DNA of 64,000 nt from an uncultured bacterium. GTDB lineage: Bacteria; Zixibacteria; MSB-5A5; GN15; FEB-12. Shown piece by piece: positions 30,881 to 39,585 of this stretch. Every line of letters begins with the position of its first letter. Position 1 is the stretch's first letter. The notes under the pieces were generated by a model. That model saw only the letters and a program-made list of their open reading frames with translations, was not told the DNA's origin and did no database searches. The position numbers were made by a program, and so were the translations under genes. The stretch spans positions 160,001 through 224,000 of the forward strand of contig CBDVDR010000002.1 of assembly GCA_965372795.1 (NCBI GenBank), read 5' to 3'.

Positions 30881-32112
30881 TGAGAAATAAAAAATCAAAA
30901 TTACCTTTGTTGTTTTTATCAATTTTAATCGTCATCTCATTTAATATTTCAATCTTTTCTCAGGAAACTCCGGTTGTTGAAGAGGTAGATTCAACAATTA
31001 TTGTTGCCGCCCCGGTAACATCTCTGATAGCATCTGATTTTAAATATGATGATGGAGAAGCCATTGAATTAAGCTGGGTGCCGTCGATAGACGACCAACT
31101 GGTTGAGGGGAAAGTAATTGCTTATCGGGTTTACCGGAGAACAAATGGTGCTTTAGAGGAAAAGATTGCCGAACTACCGAAAGGTTCTGCTTACTACCGT
31201 GATGACGGTTTGGAAAAAGAGAATAGCTATATGTATAGTGTCACTTCTGTTTCGCTAAATTTTGAGCAATTCTCAACCGAGACGGCGCCGATTAGTCCTG
31301 AGAGAGAATGGCTTAACTATGATCGTTCGTATTTATTCTTAATAGCATTAATTATCACTTTGGCAATCGCTTTTTTCATAGAAACCGCCCGTCGCGGGAA
31401 AAAATTATTTGTCCGGAAGATTGCCGGATTAGAAGCTATTGACGAAGCAATCGGTCGTGCGACCGAAATGGGACGTCCGATTTTATATGTTCCGGGTATT
31501 CAGGATATGGATGATGTGCAGACTCTTGCCGGTTTAACAATTCTTGGACGAGTCTCCCGAATGATTGCTGAATATGATACCCGAATTTTTATGCCTGTTT
31601 CCCGTTCGTTGGTTATGACCGCCGGACGTGAAACGATTAAAGCTGCCTATCAATCAGCCGGTCGTCCTGATGCTTATAGCGATGACATGGTAAACTATAT
31701 AACAGACGAACAGTTTGGTTATGTTGCGGCGGTAGATGGAATTATGGTCCGTGAAAAACCGGCGACCTGTTTCTACATGGGAGCTTTCTTTGCGGAATCG
31801 CTTATTTTAGCAGAAACCGGAAATTCAATCGGAGCCATTCAGATAGCGGGTACTGCCCGTCCGGCACAGCTTCCATTTTTTATTGCCGCCTGTGATTTTA
31901 CTCTTATTGGTGAAGAACTGTTTGCAGCTTCGGCATATTTATCTAACGAACCAAAGCAGTTGGGTTCGTTAAAGGGTCAGGATATCGGCAAAGCGATAGC
32001 ATTAGTAGTGATTTTGATAGGCGTTATTTCAGCGACATTTTCTAAGGCATGGGATATAGAATTTATGACCGCAATTTTTGAATATTTAACAAATGTATTT
32101 TCTGTTAGTTAG
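30880..32112 (+). CDS. Cassette 2 subunit A (FN3-like + DUF6754-like)
   Basis: Paralogue of 27292-28587 (IAGLEAIDEAIGRATEMG); GTG start overlaps the D1 stop. Confidence 0.85.
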   Translation: MRNKKSKLPLLFLSILIVISFNISIFSQETPVVEEVDSTIIVAAPVTSLIASDFKYDDGEAIELSWVPSIDDQLVEGKVIAYRVYRRTNGALEEKIAELPKGSAYYRDDGLEKENSYMYSVTSVSLNFEQFSTETAPISPEREWLNYDRSYLFLIALIITLAIAFFIETARRGKKLFVRKIAGLEAIDEAIGRATEMGRPILYVPGIQDMDDVQTLAGLTILGRVSRMIAEYDTRIFMPVSRSLVMTAGRETIKAAYQSAGRPDAYSDDMVNYITDEQFGYVAAVDGIMVREKPATCFYMGAFFAESLILAETGNSIGAIQIAGTARPAQLPFFIAACDFTLIGEELFAASAYLSNEPKQLGSLKGQDIGKAIALVVILIGVISATFSKAWDIEFMTAIFEYLTNVFSVS

Positions 32113-32124
32113 TGAAAAGATAAT

Positions 32125-32799
32125 ATGAGAAGACAGATACCATTATTAATTACTTTTTTTGTTGGAACGCTTCTAATTGTTGCGGTTTTTGTTCCACCAT
32201 TTGAAAGCCTTGAGAAAACTTTTACGCTGTTTTTTGATATTATTGCTGTGTTCGCATTTTTTCTCGGCGGTGGCAACCTTGTCAGAGTTCATGTCAGAAA
32301 ATTGATTAGCAAAAAAGAGGACTGGACTTTTTCTATTGTAACTCTTGCTGGGTTTACCTTAATGCTCGTTGTCGGTTTATTCAAAATGGGCAACCCGGGT
32401 GGGATTGCCGCCTCGATTACTACCGAAGGTTCTTATTTTCAGGAAATATTTAATAACGTCATCAACCCGCTTCAATCCACGATGTATGCGTTATTAGCCT
32501 TTTTTGTAGCCTCGGCTTCCTATCGTGCCTTCCGGGCTAAAAACCGGGAAGCCACAATTCTTTTGGTCGCTGCCTTTATTATTCTTTTAGGGCGGACACC
32601 ATTAGGAATGATGATGACGGGGTGGATTCCTGAAAGCTTTTCAATTATGCAAATCCCGAATCTTGCAATATGGATTATGAATTCACCAAACTTAGCCGGT
32701 CAGAGAGCAATTATGATCGGGATTGGTTTGGGTGTTGTCTCGATGTCACTACGGTTAATACTTGGGATTGAACGAACCTATTTAGGAGGGGATGATTGA
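32125..32799 (+). CDS. Cassette 2 subunit B
   Basis: MRRQIPL, AFFVASASYRAFRAKN, ILGIER. Confidence 0.85.
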   Translation: MRRQIPLLITFFVGTLLIVAVFVPPFESLEKTFTLFFDIIAVFAFFLGGGNLVRVHVRKLISKKEDWTFSIVTLAGFTLMLVVGLFKMGNPGGIAASITTEGSYFQEIFNNVINPLQSTMYALLAFFVASASYRAFRAKNREATILLVAAFIILLGRTPLGMMMTGWIPESFSIMQIPNLAIWIMNSPNLAGQRAIMIGIGLGVVSMSLRLILGIERTYLGGDD

Positions 32800-33739
32800 T
32801 ATGCTAAATCCGATTCTTATCTCCCTGTCTAATATTGGTGTTATAATTTCGGTAATTATGATATTCGGCGGCTTGCTCTGGTTATTTATCAGATCAATCA
32901 AAGCTAAGGAAGTAGATCGCCGAATTATTTTCATATTTATATTTGTGGCTGTTGCCGCTCCAATTTTATTCCCGATTACCTTTGAAGAAAAAGCGACTCC
33001 GATTGTTAAAGCGGTTTTTGATAAAATTGAAAATCTTCCTCCCGGTTCAAATATGTTAATTTCATTTGATTTTGATCCGGCTATGGCTCCTGAAGTTCAG
33101 CCGATGGCTAATGCGATTAGTGCTCATGCACTTGAAAAAGGGCATAAGATAATTTTCATGTCACTTTGGGCGACCGGTCAGGCTTTGTTGTCGCAGACCC
33201 TTGATAATGTTATTCTGCCTCAGTTTCCTGAAAAGCAGGATTTGGTTGATTATGTTAATATCGGTTACAAGGCTGGGAATGAAGGCGTTTTGAATGTGAT
33301 CGTCGGTGATTTCAGGCAGATGTTTCCGACTGATGTAAATTCGGTTCCACTTGATGATATCGAATTATTTAATAATATAAAATCATGTAAAGATATGGAC
33401 TTAATCATTTCTATCGGTGGCGGGAAACCGGGACCGAAGGAATGGGTTTTATTCGTTGGCGATCCCGGTGATGTTCCGGTTGGGGCAGGGGTTGCGGCGG
33501 TAGTTGCTCCGCAGTTGTATCCTTATTTTCCAAGTCAGGTTGTAGGCATTCTTGGAGGAATAAAGGGAGCCGCTGAATATGAATCTGAATTAGTTTCAAG
33601 GCATGAAAAATTTAAAGATATGGATACTCCCGGATTGAGAATGATGGGTCCTCAGACATTAGCTCATATTGTTATTATGGCCTTTATTGTAATTGGGAAT
33701 GTGATTTATTTTCGCAGCCGCAAAGGGGAGACAAGATGA
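32792..33739 (+). CDS. Cassette 2 subunit C
   Basis: SFDFDPAMAPEVQPM, GILGGIKGAAEYE, QTLAH. Confidence 0.85.
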   Translation: MIDMLNPILISLSNIGVIISVIMIFGGLLWLFIRSIKAKEVDRRIIFIFIFVAVAAPILFPITFEEKATPIVKAVFDKIENLPPGSNMLISFDFDPAMAPEVQPMANAISAHALEKGHKIIFMSLWATGQALLSQTLDNVILPQFPEKQDLVDYVNIGYKAGNEGVLNVIVGDFRQMFPTDVNSVPLDDIELFNNIKSCKDMDLIISIGGGKPGPKEWVLFVGDPGDVPVGAGVAAVVAPQLYPYFPSQVVGILGGIKGAAEYESELVSRHEKFKDMDTPGLRMMGPQTLAHIVIMAFIVIGNVIYFRSRKGETR

Positions 33740-34578
33740 AAAAGTCGTCCTATATTGTCTTAGCGGTTGTCATGGGTTTATTTATTTTGAGTTGGATTAT
33801 GAAGTCCTCATCAGTGAGTGTTGCCGATGATAATTTTATCATGCGTGGTTTTCTGATCACTTTTGCCGCATTTTTAACACTGTCGGTTCTATCGTTTTTA
33901 TATAAAGATAATCCTTTTTACAAATTTGCCGAGCATCTGTTTGTAGGCGTTTCAGCCGCTTTCTGGATGTGTCTCGGGTTCTGGTCAACTATTGTTGGTA
34001 ATTTGATTCCCAGAATTTCAGCAGATTTATCGGAATTTTTTAAAGTTCCATATATAGGCGACGCCTGGGGATTAATATTCGGTTTAGATATTATGAACAT
34101 TGTCTATATGTTCCCTATCATTTTTGGTTTGCTTCTCTTGATGAGGCTGTCGACTAATTATGGGTGGTTATCCCGCTGGCCTCTGGCGCTGATCGTTGGA
34201 ACAACAGCCGGGTTAAATTTTATTCGTTACTTGTCCTCTGATTTTATTCAGCAGGTTTCTTCGACTTTTGTACCTTTGCTGGGTACTGATTGGCAGGGAA
34301 TCGGACATTTCTTTGCCAACATCAATCTGTCAGCTTCGGGACAATTAGTATTGATCCTTGCCAACTGGGTCATATTTCTCGGTGTTTTTTGCGGATTGAT
34401 ATATTTCTATTTTTCCAAAGAACATACCGGAGTCTTCGGGTCGGCCTCAAGGGTTGGTATTTGGATTTTAATGGTGACCTTCGGCGCATCATTTGGATAT
34501 ACGGTTATGGGACGCATCTCGCTTTTAGTCGGACGAATCACTTTTCTATTCAAAGATTGGTTAGAAATAATAACTTAA
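33736..34578 (+). CDS. Cassette 2 subunit D
   Basis: SFLYKDNPFYK, SRWP, FGASFGYTVMGR. Confidence 0.85.
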   Translation: MKKSSYIVLAVVMGLFILSWIMKSSSVSVADDNFIMRGFLITFAAFLTLSVLSFLYKDNPFYKFAEHLFVGVSAAFWMCLGFWSTIVGNLIPRISADLSEFFKVPYIGDAWGLIFGLDIMNIVYMFPIIFGLLLLMRLSTNYGWLSRWPLALIVGTTAGLNFIRYLSSDFIQQVSSTFVPLLGTDWQGIGHFFANINLSASGQLVLILANWVIFLGVFCGLIYFYFSKEHTGVFGSASRVGIWILMVTFGASFGYTVMGRISLLVGRITFLFKDWLEIIT

Positions 34579-34624
34579 TTAAGATACTATAATATTAATT
34601 TATAATACTTACAGGGAAAACTGT

Positions 34625-36025
34625 ATGAAATGTAAATCGGTAATCATATTACTTATGCTGTTTGTAATGTCGTTGCCTGTAGCCGCCCAGGATGAAGCTG
34701 TGACCGATAGTCTGGCCGATTCCACCGAAGTAATCCTTCCGGCTCCAGCTACGATGTTTACAGGCAAGGATACCGACAACGATCATGGTCATTCTGTCAC
34801 GTTAAACTGGGAAACCTCAGTTGATGATGGAAGTGACGATGCTTCAATTTCAGTTCTGTCTTATGAAATCTTTCGCTGGACTCCTTTGATGAGAGATACA
34901 GTTGAACAGGTTCGCAGCAAACTTGCTATAGCAGAGTCAGCTTTGGATGAAGGTGCTGGAATTAAGAGTGAATTGAAGCAGAGCCGAGATGACCTTCTTG
35001 AAGAATATGAAGCCTTGTTGGTTGGATATCCTCAGGCTTATGATCAGTATCCAGAAAATGGTGGATGGACAAATGTTGGCAAAGTGCCATCCGGTACTAC
35101 CACCTTTCAGGATAAAGGCAGCAAAAAGCGTGAAGCATTTGATTATTCTCCTGATTTTTGCAACTTTTATTATCGGGTGGATGCAGTCACCGTTGATTCC
35201 ACAATAAGATCATCATCTGAGATTTTCGGACCGGTGCAATCATTCGGTCAGTGGTTTAACAGCGGGCGTCTTCCGGTATTTTTGGCTGTTTTAATCTTTG
35301 GGCTATTGACTCTATTCTTTGTTCAAAGAGCCAAAAGAGGTGCTAATTTATATGTGCGTCCTTTGGCAGGTATCGAAGCCGTTGACGATGCTATCGGTCG
35401 GGCTACAGAAATGGGTAAACCGATTCTTTATGTTCTTGGCTTGGGTACAGCCTCAGATGTTGCGACTATCGCTTCATTTACAATTTTAGGTCGTGTGGCA
35501 AAAAAAGTTGCTGAATATCAGACAACCTTGATTGTGCCGACTTATGATCCGATTGTAATGACAGTTGCTCAGGAAGTTGTAAAGTCAGCTTTCCTTGATG
35601 CCGGTCGTCCTGATGATTTTAAAGAAGATACGGTTCACTTTGTGACCCAGTCACAGTTTGCTTATGTTGCAGCTGTCAATGGTACAATGCTTCGTGAACT
35701 TCCGGCTACAAATGTTTATATGGGTAAATTCTTTGCAGAATCGTTGCTTCTTGCAGAAACAGGAGCAATTGCTAAATCGGTTCAAATTGCCGGTACAGAT
35801 GAAATTGCTCAGATACCTTTCTTTATTGTAGCTTGTGACTATACATTAATAGGAGAAGAATTATACGCTGCTTCGGCTTATCTTGGTCGTGAGCCTATTT
35901 TATTAGGTTCCTTAAAAGCTCAGGATTGGGCAAAGGCTGCAGTAATTATTCTTGGAATCGTCGGTATAATAGCCGCTAACTTTGGCCTGACAGAATTTAC
36001 CAGTCTGTTTCAGGTAACTAATTAG
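34625..36025 (+). CDS. Cassette 3 subunit A (FN3-like with helical insert + DUF6754-like)
   Basis: LAGIEAVDDAIGRATEMG, ACDYTLIGEELYAASAYL. Confidence 0.85.
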   Translation: MKCKSVIILLMLFVMSLPVAAQDEAVTDSLADSTEVILPAPATMFTGKDTDNDHGHSVTLNWETSVDDGSDDASISVLSYEIFRWTPLMRDTVEQVRSKLAIAESALDEGAGIKSELKQSRDDLLEEYEALLVGYPQAYDQYPENGGWTNVGKVPSGTTTFQDKGSKKREAFDYSPDFCNFYYRVDAVTVDSTIRSSSEIFGPVQSFGQWFNSGRLPVFLAVLIFGLLTLFFVQRAKRGANLYVRPLAGIEAVDDAIGRATEMGKPILYVLGLGTASDVATIASFTILGRVAKKVAEYQTTLIVPTYDPIVMTVAQEVVKSAFLDAGRPDDFKEDTVHFVTQSQFAYVAAVNGTMLRELPATNVYMGKFFAESLLLAETGAIAKSVQIAGTDEIAQIPFFIVACDYTLIGEELYAASAYLGREPILLGSLKAQDWAKAAVIILGIVGIIAANFGLTEFTSLFQVTN

Positions 36026-36038
36026 GAGGTGGAATAGA

Positions 36039-36854
36039 ATGAAAAGACAAATACCTCTCTTTTTAGTTTTTCTGTTCGGAATGTTCATGATAATTCAATA
36101 TTTTGTACCTCATGAATCATCTGAATGGATCTATGAATTCCTTCTCGAATGGATTGTGATTATCGGAATTTTTGCGCTTGCACTCGGAATCTGGTCGCTG
36201 TTGAGAGTTTCATTAGATAAAATTAAAACTAAAAAACCGAATTGGATATATTCATATCTGACATTATTCGGACTTTTTGCAATGATCATTTTCGGTTTCA
36301 CAGCGAAGAATGGCGATCCGTGGGGGATGTATTTCCCATTTGTTGCCTGTGTTCTGTTGGCTATTGGAATGATAATTCATACGATAATTTCATCATCGCA
36401 AAAAACCTTGTACGCTTCGCTGACAGGACTATTTATTTTATTGGCGGTCCTTATCTCAATTTTTGACAGCAGCTGGAGTTTCCATTTCAGCACTGCCGAT
36501 GGTGTTCAGAACCCGATGTTCAGAGCCTTCTTTGATCATATCTTGATTCCGTGCTTGTCAACAATGTTTGCCCTGTTAGCATTCTTTATTGCATCAGCAG
36601 CCTATCGTGCCTTTAGAGCAAGGAATCTTCTGGCAACCCTTCTGTTAATCGCGGCACTTATTGTGATGATGCGATTTAATCCGTGGTTTGCAGCACTTTA
36701 TGGTGATTTTGGTGCTAAAACATCTAACTGGCTTATGAATGTTCCCAACTTGGCAGCTCAGCGAGCTATCGTTATCGGGATTGGTCTCGGTATCGTTGCT
36801 ACTGCTCTAAAAGTTATCCTGGGCATTGAACGCGGCTATATGGGGAAAGGATAA
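36039..36854 (+). CDS. Cassette 3 subunit B
   Basis: MKRQIPL, AFFIASAAYRAFRARN, ILGIER; two extra TM helices; AGGAGG RBS. Confidence 0.85.
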   Translation: MKRQIPLFLVFLFGMFMIIQYFVPHESSEWIYEFLLEWIVIIGIFALALGIWSLLRVSLDKIKTKKPNWIYSYLTLFGLFAMIIFGFTAKNGDPWGMYFPFVACVLLAIGMIIHTIISSSQKTLYASLTGLFILLAVLISIFDSSWSFHFSTADGVQNPMFRAFFDHILIPCLSTMFALLAFFIASAAYRAFRARNLLATLLLIAALIVMMRFNPWFAALYGDFGAKTSNWLMNVPNLAAQRAIVIGIGLGIVATALKVILGIERGYMGKG

Positions 36855-36864
36855 GGAGGACAGT

Positions 36865-37743
36865 ATGGATGTATTTGAAAAACTGATGAATCTTGACCGT
36901 CGCTGGGTCTTTTTGCTTTTGATAATTGTTTGTGTATTCTCATATGCTGTTGATTTTAATGTTCCCATTTTGGTTGAACCGGAAACAGAAAAGATATTTG
37001 AGTTTATTGACAATCTTGATGAAGGCGAAATTATACTAGTTGCAATAGATTATGATCCTAATAACATGGCCGAACTTCACCCTATGACCTATACGGTGGT
37101 TGAGCATTGCTGGCGTAAAAAAGTCAAAGTGATTTTTACAGCTTTGTCTCAGAACGGTCCCGGCATGGCGGATCAGGCGATACGTGATATCTCAGACTCA
37201 TTACTTATTGATAAAACTTATAACGGTGTTGAGTTTGAAGGCCGAGAGATCGTAAATGGAATAGATTACTGCTTCCTTGGTTATAAACCATATTATGCAC
37301 TTGTAATTCTGGCAATGGGGCAGGATTTCAGACTGCCTTTCCCGAATGATTACTATGGCAGTCCCCTTGATTCATTACCAATGATGAGAGGTGTCAGCAA
37401 TTACGATGACATGGCTTGTGTTGTTGATCTTTCCGGTGGTAATATAACTGATGCCTGGATTTCATACGGACAGGGCAGATTCGGATTCCCGCTTGCTCTT
37501 GGGCTTACCGGTGTAATGACAGCTCAGTATTATCCATTCCTTGGTTCAGGTCAGGTTTTTGGAATAATGGGAGGACTTTTAGGAGCCGCCCAATATGAAG
37601 AAATGGCTGAGAATCCCGGCTTGGCTAAAGATGGAATGCGAGTTCAGCTTGGGGCTCATGTTGTAATCATAATTTTTATTATTATGGGTAACGTTGGATT
37701 ATTGATGGAACGTCGCAGACAAAGAAGGGAAGGAGGTATCTAA
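36865..37743 (+). CDS. Cassette 3 subunit C
   Basis: AIDYDP..MAELHPM, GIMGGLLGAAQYE, QLGAH; AAGGAGG RBS before ATG 36865. Confidence 0.85.
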   Translation: MDVFEKLMNLDRRWVFLLLIIVCVFSYAVDFNVPILVEPETEKIFEFIDNLDEGEIILVAIDYDPNNMAELHPMTYTVVEHCWRKKVKVIFTALSQNGPGMADQAIRDISDSLLIDKTYNGVEFEGREIVNGIDYCFLGYKPYYALVILAMGQDFRLPFPNDYYGSPLDSLPMMRGVSNYDDMACVVDLSGGNITDAWISYGQGRFGFPLALGLTGVMTAQYYPFLGSGQVFGIMGGLLGAAQYEEMAENPGLAKDGMRVQLGAHVVIIIFIIMGNVGLLMERRRQRREGGI

Positions 37744-38549
37744 TGGATTTTACTACTTTTATATGGACTACTTTTGGTGCCTTTTTAACCCTTGGCATCT
37801 TTTCGTTCCTGTACAAAGATAACCCATTCTATAAGATTGCCGAGCATCTTGTAGTAGGTGTTTCAGCAGGATATTTTGTGGTTATTTTATGGCATAACGG
37901 ACTAACCCCAAACCTATTTCAACGTCTTGACGATGGCAGTTGGTATTTACTATGGCTAAATTCTTCAGCGCCATGGTATATTGTGCCGGCGCTTTTGGGT
38001 GTCTTGATGTGGACTCGTTTCTCAAAGAAATATTCCTGGGTTTCCCGTTGGCCGATGGGCTTATATATTGGTATTGCAACCGGTGTTGCTATCCCGCTTG
38101 AAATGGGTGCCAAAGTAAACCGTCAGTTGTTTGCAGTCATGGAAAAAGGTATCGATTGGACCAATTTCTTTGGTGTCAATGGATTTAATCTGTTGGATTC
38201 AGCTTCCGGCTTATCACAGTTAATAATTTTCGTCGGAACTGTTGCCGCTTTGGTGTACTTTTTCTTCTCCAAAGCCCATACCGGTGTTTTTGGCGGAGTT
38301 GCAAAGTTTGGAATCTGGATATTAATGATAGGTTTCGGAGCCTCTTTTGGCTATACGGTGATGGCTCGAATATCACTGTTTATTAACCGTCTGCAGTTCC
38401 TTGATATCAACTGGTATCAGAATGCGATGGATACTTCCAACGCCAATCATCATGCCGGCTTCCTAATCTTTTTCTGGTTGCTGGTACTGCTTGTGCTTGG
38501 ATATGCAGTTAAAGAATTTATAGATTTCAGGAAATCTAAGTCAGCTTAA
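37743..38549 (+). CDS. Cassette 3 subunit D
   Basis: SFLYKDNPFYK, SRWP, FGASFGYTVMAR. Confidence 0.85.
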   Translation: MDFTTFIWTTFGAFLTLGIFSFLYKDNPFYKIAEHLVVGVSAGYFVVILWHNGLTPNLFQRLDDGSWYLLWLNSSAPWYIVPALLGVLMWTRFSKKYSWVSRWPMGLYIGIATGVAIPLEMGAKVNRQLFAVMEKGIDWTNFFGVNGFNLLDSASGLSQLIIFVGTVAALVYFFFSKAHTGVFGGVAKFGIWILMIGFGASFGYTVMARISLFINRLQFLDINWYQNAMDTSNANHHAGFLIFFWLLVLLVLGYAVKEFIDFRKSKSA

Positions 38550-38569
38550 TAGATTTTTAGTTTAAAAAT

Positions 38570-38603
38570 AAATCCCGTTATTGAGAAATAGCGGGATTTT
38601 TTT
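38570..38603 (+). terminator. Terminator closing the 12-gene array
   Basis: AAATCCCGTTATT-GAGA-AATAGCGGGATTT followed by a T-run. Confidence 0.8.
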
Positions 38604-38978
38604 GTTGTATTATCAAACTTTTTATTATAACTACAGTACAAGGATTAGAACTTGTTGCCCCCGGCTGGAATTATTTCAGCCATAAATTCATTTCCGAGCT
38701 TGCCTTTTTACGGCAGGCAATAATCAAATAAGACAACTTTGGTTTGTTTTTTTGTCGTATTTATTCGTATAATCAAATATGACATTGTTAATGTATGTCA
38801 AGTAAATCACCTTAAACTCAGTACTTTAAGGGGGACAATGGTTTGTATGTTCCTGAGATGAACAGCATAACTCATGTTATTCCTTTGTTTTAAGATATCT
38901 ATAAATTGATCAATGAAATAAGTCATTCAACGACTGCTCATTAAGAAATAATTATTTTAGAAAAAACAAAGATTTTAC

Positions 38979-39007
38979 TTGACATACAGGTAATAATTTC
39001 CTACCGT
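38979..39007 (+). promoter_or_regulatory. Sigma70-type promoter
   Basis: TTGACA-N17-TACCGT upstream of the small basic ORF. Confidence 0.5.
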
Positions 39008-39093
39008 AACTATTGGAGGAACTGATCAGGCTTGTCCTGATATAAAATTATCTATAAATGGGTAGCAACTAATCACAGGGAAAGTGAGGATGT

Positions 39094-39444
39094 ATGGCTC
39101 AAACAAATGGAGCCTCAATTCACACCAACACCGAACCTGCTAACGCCGGTAGCGAGATTCTTAAATTGAAAAAAAGGGGTAAACTATCTACAGCGGAAGC
39201 TCGTCGTGAGTATCAGAGGCAGTACTACCAGAAGCACAAAGAGAAGGCAAAAGAATATCAGCGTCAGTATAATTTAACCCATAAGAAAAAAGCCCGTGGC
39301 GGGCGTGGGAAAACCGGTGTAATCGCTCAACGCGAAGTAGTCAGATCGACATTTAATACAACTGATTTGATGCATTCACCAGTTGAAAAGACGCTAAAAA
39401 TGCTTGAACAGATCATAAAAGGCGAACGACTTTTTACAATGTAA
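39094..39444 (+). CDS. Small basic hypothetical protein with duplicated EYQRQY helix
   Basis: GAGGA RBS; own promoter and terminator; Lys/Arg-rich. Confidence 0.75.
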   Translation: MAQTNGASIHTNTEPANAGSEILKLKKRGKLSTAEARREYQRQYYQKHKEKAKEYQRQYNLTHKKKARGGRGKTGVIAQREVVRSTFNTTDLMHSPVEKTLKMLEQIIKGERLFTM

Positions 39445-39466
39445 GAAGTTGACAGCATTGAATTTT

Positions 39467-39505
39467 AAGGCGGTTGAGAATAATAATTATTTTCAACCGC
39501 CTTTT
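39467..39505 (+). terminator. Intrinsic terminator
   Basis: AAGGCGGTTGA...TCAACCGCCTTTT. Confidence 0.75.
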
Positions 39506-39585
39506 ATATTGCTTGTAAGGTTTTGATGTAATAGATTCTGCGTAGAATTTGGCAAATCTTTTAATTTAGTATGAGGGTCGATTAA

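Noticed and set aside
27292..38549. Assembly artefact or recent tandem duplication
   Set aside because: Copies are strongly diverged in sequence and length, with intact frames.
38838..38861. 7-codon ORF MVCMFLR after a GGGGGA run
   Set aside because: Too short, with poor SD spacing and no supporting context.
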